DNA of 35,259 nucleotides from a virus (Duplodnaviria > Caudoviricetes): the IMG/VR virus record IMGVR_UViG_3300032294_000330, positions 1-35,259 of that record. One strand, 5' to 3'. Within the stretch, counting starts at the first letter, position 1; every line of letters starts with the position of its first letter. Shown one piece after another: positions 16,289 through 23,530 of this stretch. A program made the translations under genes and the position numbers. The notes below the pieces were generated by a model that was not told the origin of the DNA, ran no database searches, and saw nothing but the letters and a program-made list of their open reading frames with translations.

Positions 16289-16378
16289 GGGAAGGGATAG
16301 GAAAGATCATCCGAAAAACCGTCTAGTCACCGGTCTGCCCAACCCACCTATTTAAGTGACTATAGCTTTTGACTGAGG
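16289..16378 (+). ncRNA. Candidate structured 5' leader (multi-stem junction plus pseudoknot) of the replication initiator
   Basis: Outer GGGaaGGG/CCCaaCCC stem, two inner hairpins, loop TAGTCAC complementary to GTGACTA (16356-62) and partly to TGACT beside the RBS. Confidence 0.55.
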
Positions 16379-16383
16379 CTAAT

Positions 16384-17073
16384 ATGTTTTCATATCATCA
16401 CCATATCGGCGATTTTCGCCGTGATACCGCATCACTATCTGATACTGACGCAATGGCTTATCTCAAGCTGCTGTGGATGTATTACGACACAGAGCAGCCG
16501 TTACCGGCAAATCCTCAACTACTGGCTTTTAAGATTGGCTCAAACGCTGAATCCGTTCAGCTAATCCTAGATGCTTTCTTTACGTTAGACGGGGATGTTT
16601 ATCGGCAGAAACGCTGTGAGGCTGAAATTGCTGCTTATTACGGCAGGAAAACAGTTGCTAGAGATAACGCAAACAAACGCTGGAAAAATGCAAACGCATC
16701 ACAAAATGATGCCATTGCATTGTCGTTGCATAGCGATAGCAATGCTATAGCTACCAAAATCGATGCTAACCGAGAACCGATAACCGAGAACCATAAAACA
16801 ATAAAAACAAGTAAACCGGACGTAGAACGTCCTGACGATATTCCTGAAGATTTGTGGATTGATTTTCAGAAACATAGAAAAAATAAAAATGCCCAGATCA
16901 CAGTTAGAGTCATAAATAACTTGAGGAAAGAGTCTGCTAAAGCAAACCTTAGCTTGTCTGACGTAATGGAAAAAATGATTGTGAACAACTGGCAAGGATT
17001 TCAAGCAGATTGGGTGAAATCAAAAGAAACTAAGCAGACAGACTGGTGGATGAACGACAGGAGGATCAAATGA
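16384..17073 (+). CDS. Replication initiator, DUF1376/YdaU-like
   Basis: YHHHIGDFRRDTASLS...AYLKLLWMYYDTEQPLP. C-terminal LWIDFQKHRK...NNWQGF. ATG 16384 follows GAGG. Confidence 0.82.
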   Translation: MFSYHHHIGDFRRDTASLSDTDAMAYLKLLWMYYDTEQPLPANPQLLAFKIGSNAESVQLILDAFFTLDGDVYRQKRCEAEIAAYYGRKTVARDNANKRWKNANASQNDAIALSLHSDSNAIATKIDANREPITENHKTIKTSKPDVERPDDIPEDLWIDFQKHRKNKNAQITVRVINNLRKESAKANLSLSDVMEKMIVNNWQGFQADWVKSKETKQTDWWMNDRRIK

Positions 17074-17498
17074 TTGGAGACTTACTAAACAAGCTGGAAA
17101 AGGTTAAAGGCTCAAAAGGTCGTTGGACTGCTTGTTGTCCTGCTCACGTTGACAGATCACCAAGCCTTGCCATAACGGAAACTGATGACGGTCGAATCCT
17201 GCTCAAGTGTTTTGCTGGATGTAGTGCCTACGAAATTGTAAAAGCCGTAGGAATGGACTTGACAGACCTGTTTCCTAACGACAACAATCTAAGTTCCCTT
17301 AAGGAAAAACATTTTAATAAAGCAGTACGCAGACCGTTTTACGCATCAGACCTGCTGAAAATAATCCAATTTGAAGCCCTTCTAACGTCTGTAGCGGCGT
17401 TTGATTTGAGTCATGGTAGGCAGGTATCAGAAGTAGACAGAAAACGGCTTAAAACGGCTGTATCCAGAATCAACGAAGCCGTTAGTTACATTAATTAG
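17070..17498 (+). CDS. Primase-type zinc-binding domain protein
   Basis: WTACCPAHVDRSPSLAI...ILLKCFAGC. No TOPRIM domain. Start at the ATGA overlap. Confidence 0.75.
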   Translation: MIGDLLNKLEKVKGSKGRWTACCPAHVDRSPSLAITETDDGRILLKCFAGCSAYEIVKAVGMDLTDLFPNDNNLSSLKEKHFNKAVRRPFYASDLLKIIQFEALLTSVAAFDLSHGRQVSEVDRKRLKTAVSRINEAVSYIN

Positions 17499-17506
17499 GT
17501 GAAACT

Positions 17507-17788
17507 ATGACGATTGAACTAGCGAGAGGAGAAGCTGAGGAACTGCTGAATATTTTACGGATGGTGTACTCGAATCACGAGCTAACGAAGGCCATTAGTA
17601 ATCGGCTAGCGGGAGATGTGCTGATTGAGTTCCCGCCTGAGCCTGTTGAGGAAAAGCCTGTTGCAGAGTGGAAAGAACTGTCTACGGCAGAGATCAAGAC
17701 ACTTTGGAACGTAACGAAGAAACCTAGTGAATTTGCCTGTTTGCTGCTGGCTAAAGTTAAGGAGAAGAACTATGAGTGGAGACAATAA
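17507..17788 (+). CDS. Hypothetical protein with W..L...EI / AK.KEKN tail
   Basis: ORF with RBS. Tail motif shared with the next gene. Confidence 0.65.
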   Translation: MTIELARGEAEELLNILRMVYSNHELTKAISNRLAGDVLIEFPPEPVEEKPVAEWKELSTAEIKTLWNVTKKPSEFACLLLAKVKEKNYEWRQ

Positions 17789-18097
17789 TCGGTATCCGGT
17801 GGCATGGGGTTTAACAAGTGAAGGCGATCACATCGAGAATGTTTACCTCAAACAACAAAATGTTGAAGAAGCAATGGAATACTTAAATAAAGAATATCCA
17901 CGAAGGGTTAGGAAAATTGTCCCGCTTTACACTTTCCCGCCACAGCGAAAATGGCAGTATCTGACGGAGACGGAGATAGATGAAATCATTGCTCCTAGAC
18001 CGGGGTTTAGTGAAAACGAGGACGAATGCGCTGAGTATGATCGTGCTTTGAAAGTTGCGTTGGACATTGAAGCTAAGTTGAAGGAGAAGAACTATGA
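17759..18097 (+). repeat. 17-bp perfect direct repeat AAGGAGAAGAACTATGA
   Basis: Copies at 17759-17775 and 18081-18097. Partial third copy from 18286. Confidence 0.85.
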
Positions 18098-18101
18098 ATG
18101 A
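17772..18101 (+). CDS. Hypothetical protein (PVAW...PLY...IEAKLKEKN type)
   Basis: Start reassigned to ATG 17772 after AAGGAG. Confidence 0.65.
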   Translation: MSGDNNRYPVAWGLTSEGDHIENVYLKQQNVEEAMEYLNKEYPRRVRKIVPLYTFPPQRKWQYLTETEIDEIIAPRPGFSENEDECAEYDRALKVALDIEAKLKEKNYE

Positions 18102-18309
18102 CATGGTGAATCATCCACCGCACTACAACACAGGCGGGATCGAGGCGATTGACTACATTGAAGCGAAGCAGTTGGATTTTCATCTTGGGAACGCAGTCAA
18201 GTACATCAGCAGAGCCGAACACAAGGGAACGTATACGCAAGACTTACAAAAAGCGATATGGTATTTGAATCGTGCCATTGAAGCTAAGGAGAAGATCAAT
18301 GAGTCTTGA
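18094..18309 (+). CDS. DUF3310 (SaV-like) protein
   Basis: DMVNHPPHY...IEAIDYI...GNAVKYISR...DLQKAIWYL. Confidence 0.88.
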   Translation: MNDMVNHPPHYNTGGIEAIDYIEAKQLDFHLGNAVKYISRAEHKGTYTQDLQKAIWYLNRAIEAKEKINES

Positions 18310-19297
18310 GACAAGAGCGATAGAACTAGACGAGGCTAGGAAGGCTCGAATCCTAAAGTCAGAGAGTATTGACGTTGAGAAGTACTTACATTCAAACGAC
18401 GTAACGATACGGGTGAAGAAGGCTAGGGACTGGCTGGATTCGGTCAAGGAGTCTTACCTATCGGAAACGGTAGAGAAAAAGATCGTCATGCCTTGGGTCA
18501 GAACCCATGATTCTTTTGCTTATCGTGAGGGTGAAGTAACCGTTTATGCTGGTAGTAACGGCGGTGGTAAATCCCTGATTACGGGTCAGATCGCTCTAGG
18601 GTTGGTTAAGCAGGGGCAATCAGTCTGCATAGCGTCGTTTGAGATGAAGCCTGAACGGACGCTTCAGAGGATGCTAAGACAGTTCTCCGGGGAATCGTTG
18701 GATGATCCGTTGACTCACGACAGGGCAGGATTTATTACGAAGATGGTTGACCGGATGGACAAGTTTCTATCTGACAAAATGTACCTTTACGACCAGCAAG
18801 GAACTACGTCACCGGAGAAGGTGATTGCCATGAGTCGGTATTGCGCCATCGAGTTAAAGGTCAAGCACATCGTTATCGACAGCCTGATGAAGTGCGTCAA
18901 GAACGAGGATGACTTTAACGGTCAGAAGTCGTTTATCGACGAGCTAACGGCATTGGCTAGGGATCATAACGTACACATTCACCTAGTCCACCATATTAGG
19001 AAGCAGCAGTCGGACGAGACACAGCCGAACAAGAACGACTTGAAAGGGTCAGGGAGTATCTCGGATCAGGTGGATAACGTCTTTTTGGTGTGGAGAAATA
19101 AGAAAAAAGAAAACCAGAAGAACCGGGGTGAAGTGATAGACGAGACACAGCCAGATACCTTCCTAATGTGCGAGAAGCAGAGGAATGGTGACGGTCAGGA
19201 GTGGTACGGACTCTGGTACGACAGTCTAAGTCAGCAGTTTGTGGAGAGGATAGGAGCAAGAATTGACTTTGATAACCGAGGAAGTTTTAAGGCATAG
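18299..19297 (+). CDS. SF4 (DnaB/T7 gp4-like) replicative helicase
   Basis: Walker A GSNGGGKS, SFEM, IVIDSL, HLVHH, DLKGSGSISDQVDNV, KQRNG. Confidence 0.88.
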   Translation: MSLETRAIELDEARKARILKSESIDVEKYLHSNDVTIRVKKARDWLDSVKESYLSETVEKKIVMPWVRTHDSFAYREGEVTVYAGSNGGGKSLITGQIALGLVKQGQSVCIASFEMKPERTLQRMLRQFSGESLDDPLTHDRAGFITKMVDRMDKFLSDKMYLYDQQGTTSPEKVIAMSRYCAIELKVKHIVIDSLMKCVKNEDDFNGQKSFIDELTALARDHNVHIHLVHHIRKQQSDETQPNKNDLKGSGSISDQVDNVFLVWRNKKKENQKNRGEVIDETQPDTFLMCEKQRNGDGQEWYGLWYDSLSQQFVERIGARIDFDNRGSFKA

Positions 19298-19463
19298 GGC
19301 TGAAGTCCGTCAGGTTCTGGCTTGGCGTACTGAGGACAGGGGCAAGGCAATGGACTATCTGGCTAGGGTCAAGGGTGACAGGCGGGATAGGCTAGAGAAG
19401 GATTGCCGAGACCAATGGGAACGTGGAAACCGTGGCAAATGGGGAGACTGGCGTGGTTTATAA
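19263..19463 (+). CDS. Hypothetical protein
   Basis: RHRAEVRQVL...QWERGNRGKWGDWR. Tiled in the operon. Confidence 0.6.
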   Translation: MTLITEEVLRHRAEVRQVLAWRTEDRGKAMDYLARVKGDRRDRLEKDCRDQWERGNRGKWGDWRGL

Positions 19464-19731
19464 ACGGGTGGATTCTAATCAAGTGCAAATTGTCAAAGAG
19501 TTAAGACGTTTGGGGATGGAAGTCGAGCATCTTCACGGGGTAGGCAAAGGCTGTCCCGACATCTTAGTAGGTTGGAAAGGCAAAAACTGTCTGTTGGAAA
19601 TAAAGCGGGACGATAAGGCCAAGCTGACACCGGATCAGGTCTTGTGGCATCACAGTTGGAAAGGTCAGGTGGCGGTTGTTACGAACGTCATTGAGGCCGT
19701 AAAAGCGGTCAAAGAGGTGTGCCGAGAATAG
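19453..19731 (+). CDS. VRR-NUC / PD-(D/E)XK endonuclease (resolvase candidate)
   Basis: GKGCPDILVG....LLEIK....LTPDQ..W. GTG 19453 follows GGAG. Confidence 0.82.
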   Translation: MVYKRVDSNQVQIVKELRRLGMEVEHLHGVGKGCPDILVGWKGKNCLLEIKRDDKAKLTPDQVLWHHSWKGQVAVVTNVIEAVKAVKEVCRE

Positions 19732-19732
19732 G

Positions 19733-19802
19733 ATTTACCTATAGCAATACATTTACCTATAGAAATATATTTGTTGACGCTCCGAAACAGTTTTGAGAAG
19801 AT
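19733..19802 (+). promoter_or_regulatory. Internal promoter with tandem ATTTACCTATAG boxes
   Basis: 12-bp repeats at 19733 and 19751. -35 TTGACG (19774-79), 17 bp, TGa-GAAGAT (19797-802). Confidence 0.55.
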
Positions 19803-19842
19803 ACGTCCATACCGCAGATGCGGGATGACTAAGGGGAACAAA

Positions 19843-20058
19843 ATGGGAATCGTAAAAGCTAGCATTTTTCAAGAGACCAACGGCTACGGCAAAACTTTCT
19901 TTATCGGTGAGTGCGAGGCATTGCCAATCCGCACCAACATTGCCGAGTTACAGGGTGAGTTAGTCGAGTTTCTTGGCGATACGCGACAGGATGTGATTGA
20001 GCAAATTATCTCAGCCTTAAAGTCTCGCGGTATGTCAGGCAAGTTGCGTATTATTTAA
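19843..20058 (+). CDS. 71-aa hypothetical protein with its own promoter and terminator
   Basis: ATG 19843 after AAGGGG RBS. MGIVKASIFQETNGYG...GKLRII. Confidence 0.72.
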   Translation: MGIVKASIFQETNGYGKTFFIGECEALPIRTNIAELQGELVEFLGDTRQDVIEQIISALKSRGMSGKLRII

Positions 20059-20066
20059 TTAACAAT

Positions 20067-20087
20067 CCGGGGGAAACCCCGGTTTTT
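20067..20087 (+). terminator. Intrinsic terminator
   Basis: CCGGGG-GAAA-CCCCGG followed by TTTTT. Confidence 0.72.
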
Positions 20088-20100
20088 CAAGGGGAATAAC

Positions 20101-20289
20101 ATGGAATCAATCAAAATCGAAGGCGTAGAGCCGCATCAAGGCATTTACGTTGACACCATAGGCGAGGATGTCTGGGTCAACATCATAGTCCGCAACGGTA
20201 GTGCAAATCTCTGCATAACGCCAGAGAACGCAGAGAAGTTAATTGAGGCATTACGAGTCGCTATCGGGCAGGTGGAATATGCAAATTGA
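20101..20289 (+). CDS. Hypothetical protein
   Basis: 62 aa, AAGGGG RBS. Confidence 0.65.
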   Translation: MESIKIEGVEPHQGIYVDTIGEDVWVNIIVRNGSANLCITPENAEKLIEALRVAIGQVEYAN

Positions 20290-20605
20290 TCCTCATAAAA
20301 GCATAGATTTCATCTTTAAGCACAGCAAGGAATACGCTCAGGCTAAGGCTGAAGTTACATATCTTGAGGAGTTTCGGAAAAGCAAGAAGGCAATCCTGTT
20401 CAGTCAGGCCATTGGAAACACGGTAGCGGATAGGGAAAATCAGGCTTATGCCCATCCAGAGTATCAGGAGCTACTGAAGGGGCTTCAGGCGGCTGTAGAA
20501 CGGGCTGAGGAGCTACGTTGGAAGTTGATAGCGGCACAGGCTAGGATTGACTGTTGGAGATCGCAGGAGGCTTCTAATCGCGTTATGGATCGGGTAACTC
20601 AATAG
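20279..20605 (+). CDS. Helical phage protein
   Basis: YAQAKAEVTYLEEFRKSKKA...AYAHPEY...WRSQEAS. Start reassigned to ATG 20279. Confidence 0.7.
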   Translation: MQIDPHKSIDFIFKHSKEYAQAKAEVTYLEEFRKSKKAILFSQAIGNTVADRENQAYAHPEYQELLKGLQAAVERAEELRWKLIAAQARIDCWRSQEASNRVMDRVTQ

Positions 20606-20614
20606 GGGATAGAC

Positions 20615-20809
20615 ATGGAATACACAATACCAGACGATAGTAATTTGGCACAATGTGAGTGGTGCGGTTGGGTAGTTGATTGGGATGAGGTTCCGAGGGC
20701 TCGGGACTTATCTGGTGAGATCGTTACCTGCTGCGAGGAATGTAACGAGGGTGAGTCGTTTGTAAATTATCCGTCTAAGAGGTTTGCACTTGCGGAAAAA
20801 GGAGCGTGA
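20615..20809 (+). CDS. Small Zn-ribbon protein
   Basis: CEWC...CEEC. Confidence 0.6.
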   Translation: MEYTIPDDSNLAQCEWCGWVVDWDEVPRARDLSGEIVTCCEECNEGESFVNYPSKRFALAEKGA

Positions 20810-21083
20810 ATTTTTATCCGAGATTGCTGACATAGGTTGCATATTATGTTACAAACTTGGATACGCAGGTACTCCTGCTGAGATACATCACATTAGGGGG
20901 GTAGGGTTAGGACTGGGAGTCAGGAATTCTCATTCTAACGCTATCCCCCTTTGTCCTGAGCATCATAGGGGTAATACTGGGTATCACGGTTTGGGTCGTA
21001 GGGCATTTGAACGACGGTATTCCGTGACTGAATCTGAACTGCAAGACTTAGTTATGGAGTTGCTAAATGAAAAAGATGTCTAA
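20784..21083 (+). CDS. Ref-like (recombination enhancement) HNH-fold nuclease
   Basis: GCILC...AEIHHI...IPLCPEHH...H..G...FE. Confidence 0.78.
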   Translation: MHLRKKEREFLSEIADIGCILCYKLGYAGTPAEIHHIRGVGLGLGVRNSHSNAIPLCPEHHRGNTGYHGLGRRAFERRYSVTESELQDLVMELLNEKDV

Positions 21084-21234
21084 GGCTCAAAAGAAGGTAG
21101 GTAAGGTTTTAGGTGAGTACAAAGAGGGAACTCTGCACTCAGGCAAGGGTGGCAAGGTTGTCACCAACCCCAAGCAAGCCGTAGCTATTGCTCTTAGCGA
21201 GGCTGGTATGGCTAAGAAGGGCAAGAAGAAATGA
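21067..21234 (+). CDS. 55-aa basic protein, DUF6496-like (not in the ORF track)
   Basis: KVGKVLGEYKEGTLHSG...NPKQAVAIALSEA. Confidence 0.8.
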   Translation: MKKMSKAQKKVGKVLGEYKEGTLHSGKGGKVVTNPKQAVAIALSEAGMAKKGKKK

Positions 21235-21383
21235 AGCCCGGACTCTACGCAAACATCAATGCCAAGCGTAAACGTATCGCTGAAGGTTCGGGCGAGAAGA
21301 TGCGTAAGGTCGGTTCAAAAGGTGCGCCAACTGCTGCGGCGTTTAAGGAATCAGCTAAGACAGCCAAGCCGAGGAAAAAATGA
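21231..21383 (+). CDS. 50-aa basic protein (not in the ORF track)
   Basis: MKPGLYANINAKRKRIAEGSGEKMRKVGSKGAPTAAAFKESAKTAKPRKK. ATGA overlaps. Confidence 0.8.
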   Translation: MKPGLYANINAKRKRIAEGSGEKMRKVGSKGAPTAAAFKESAKTAKPRKK

Positions 21384-21538
21384 AGAACGGTCAAAAGAAA
21401 TCTGACAAAGAGTTGCTAAAAGAGTATCTCGACGAAGAAAAAGAGAAGAAAAAGAACGGTGTTAATGAGATAGAAATCGAGATCAAGATTCCTATGGGTA
21501 AGCAGAAGCGGGGTAAAAATGGCCGCAGCATGGACTAA
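21380..21538 (+). CDS. 52-aa charged protein (not in the ORF track)
   Basis: MKNGQKKSDKELLKEYLDEEKEKKKNGVNEIEIEIKIPMG... ATGA overlap. Confidence 0.65.
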   Translation: MKNGQKKSDKELLKEYLDEEKEKKKNGVNEIEIEIKIPMGKQKRGKNGRSMD

Positions 21539-21818
21539 GAAGGCCGGGAAGAACCCTAAAGGTGGCTTGAACGAGAAAGGCCGTAAGTCCTACGAGGCTG
21601 AGAATCCCGGTTCTAACCTAAAGGCTCCGGTCAAATCAGGGGACAACCCACGAAGGGCTAGCTTTTTGGCGCGTATGTCAGGTATGCCGGGGGCAGAACG
21701 TAAGCCTAACGGTGAGCCTACTAGACTACTTCTAAGCCTAAAGGCATGGGGAGCTAGTTCTAAGGCTGACGCTAAGTCTAAAGCAGCCGCAATATCCGCA
21801 AGAAACAAGAAGAAATGA
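21519..21818 (+). CDS. Basic phage protein
   Basis: AWTKKAGKNPKGGLNEKGRKSY...RRASFLARM. Confidence 0.8.
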   Translation: MAAAWTKKAGKNPKGGLNEKGRKSYEAENPGSNLKAPVKSGDNPRRASFLARMSGMPGAERKPNGEPTRLLLSLKAWGASSKADAKSKAAAISARNKKK

Positions 21819-22324
21819 GATATACCTACGGGCTGGAGAACGTCCGGGTTCGTCATTGGGGCGAGAAGGCAGACATTCAGATCGGGTCTTTCTGCTCGAT
21901 TGGCGATAACGTCGAGATATTTCTAGGTGGGAATCACAGGACAGACTGGGTAACGACCTACCCTTTCGGGCATATCAACGAAAACGTATTTCCTTGGCAT
22001 GGTGAAGGACATCCAGCGACTAAGGGTGGCGTTGTTATTGGTAACGATGTCTGGATAGGGTCGGGATGTACGATTATGTCTGGCGTTACGATAGGTGATG
22101 GTGCTGTCCTAGCGGCTAAGTCTGTGGTGGTTAAGGATGTTCCTGCTTATGCGGTAGTCGGTGGGAATCCAGCCCAAGTCCTAAAGTACCGTTTCAACGG
22201 GGATCAGATAGAGAAGCTGCTAGAAAACCCTTGGTGGGAGCTACCAGAAGCCCGTATAAACGATTTAATCCCGTTACTGTGTTCAGACAAGGTAGAGGAC
22301 TTAATTGCAGCCCTTAACGCTTAA
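21815..22324 (+). CDS. Hexapeptide-repeat O-acetyltransferase (CatB/Vat-related fold)
   Basis: IGSFCSIG, GGNHR.DWVTTYPF, IGNDVWIG, TIGDGAVLAAKSVV.KDVP.YAVVGGNPA, YRF...WW. Confidence 0.9.
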   Translation: MRYTYGLENVRVRHWGEKADIQIGSFCSIGDNVEIFLGGNHRTDWVTTYPFGHINENVFPWHGEGHPATKGGVVIGNDVWIGSGCTIMSGVTIGDGAVLAAKSVVVKDVPAYAVVGGNPAQVLKYRFNGDQIEKLLENPWWELPEARINDLIPLLCSDKVEDLIAALNA

Positions 22325-22835
22325 TTTAGGTTCTGGCAAAGATTGGCGGGATGACTGCTTGAACGCAGACATTCAGGCTAGGGTAAAGCCGGACTGGGTG
22401 GCAGACATTTCTCGGGTGAACTTTGGCGAGATCATTGCTACTCGGTTCGGGGAAATTCAGATCAAGCCTTATATGTTCGATAAGATCATTGCTAACGATG
22501 TGCTGGAGCATATTCCAGACTTGGTAGCCGCGATGACGAACTGTAAGAATCTGCTGAAGCCTAGAGGTGAGTTCCATATTCACGTTCCCTACGAGCTAAG
22601 TCTCGGGGCGTGGCAAGACCCGACTCACGTTAGGGCATTCAACGAGAATAGCTGGCTGTACTACACGGATTGGCATTGGTATTTAGGATGGGGAGATCGG
22701 TTTTACATGAAGCAGCTAGCGTTTAACCTGTCCGAGTACGGCAATGAGTTAGCAGAAAAGAAAGTATCAGACGCAGAAATACTGAGAACTCCAAGGGCTG
22801 TCGATTCGATGAGTGTTATTTTATGCAAGCAATAG
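22305..22835 (+). CDS. Class I SAM-dependent methyltransferase
   Basis: LNLGSG motif I, D.I.ANDVLEHI, LLKPRG, DPTHVR.F. Confidence 0.88.
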   Translation: MQPLTLNLGSGKDWRDDCLNADIQARVKPDWVADISRVNFGEIIATRFGEIQIKPYMFDKIIANDVLEHIPDLVAAMTNCKNLLKPRGEFHIHVPYELSLGAWQDPTHVRAFNENSWLYYTDWHWYLGWGDRFYMKQLAFNLSEYGNELAEKKVSDAEILRTPRAVDSMSVILCKQ

Positions 22836-23530
22836 TTATATGTACGGTAAACAACCCCGGCATAACGGTGCTGCTGGAGTCTATTCGTTGCTATGGTGAC
22901 AAGTTGCCCGTTTACATTTGCAGTAATAATTTGGGACTCTGGGCAAGAGCAAGAGAGATCACAGAAAACCTTATCTACCGACCCAATCCTGCTGCCAATT
23001 TCGGAGATGCTTATAACGCAGCCGTTGATTACGCCTTTGAGCATGGCAAGTTTGACTCATTGATTTTAGCTAACGATGATGTGGTTCTTAATCCAGATAC
23101 GCTATCGTTAATGCGGGAAGATGCGGGAATTCTGGAATCTCGTGCCGTGAAATACGGATTCTTAGGCGCAAGGTCGGACTATGTATTGCCAGATCAGAAC
23201 ATAAGATTCCCGGTGGATGGGGACAGACGGGCAGGATTGAAGTGGGAAAGTGAGCATCAGATTAAGTTGACTCCGGTAATTGCGCCTATCTGGGCAAGTA
23301 TCAGCCGGGAAGCATGGGAAGTCGCTAAGTTCCCGAGTACTAATTGGTATTCAGATAATATAATATGCCATGACTTGAACGTGGCGGGTTATCAGCATTT
23401 CGTCAGTAGGGCTTATGTGCATCACGCTGGCTCTCAGACGGTAGGTGTTGATTTTAAGAAATGTCACGAAGAACCGAGGGCGTGGATACTAGAGAATCGC
23501 GCCGATATGTACGAGGCTATCTATGGCTGA
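22823..23530 (+). CDS. GT-A fold (GT2-like) glycosyltransferase
   Basis: NFGDAYN, LILANDDVVL (DxD-like), WYSD..IC, AYVHHAGS. Confidence 0.8.
   Translation: MQAIVICTVNNPGITVLLESIRCYGDKLPVYICSNNLGLWARAREITENLIYRPNPAANFGDAYNAAVDYAFEHGKFDSLILANDDVVLNPDTLSLMREDAGILESRAVKYGFLGARSDYVLPDQNIRFPVDGDRRAGLKWESEHQIKLTPVIAPIWASISREAWEVAKFPSTNWYSDNIICHDLNVAGYQHFVSRAYVHHAGSQTVGVDFKKCHEEPRAWILENRADMYEAIYG

Noticed and set aside
21815-22324. Calling this a bona fide catB/vat antibiotic-resistance gene
   Set aside because: Fold similarity alone is insufficient, and the methyltransferase and glycosyltransferase neighbours favour a glycan substrate.
22305-22835. DNA methyltransferase protecting the genome
   Set aside because: It lacks DPPY/NPPY or PC catalytic motifs and resembles small-molecule/sugar methyltransferases.
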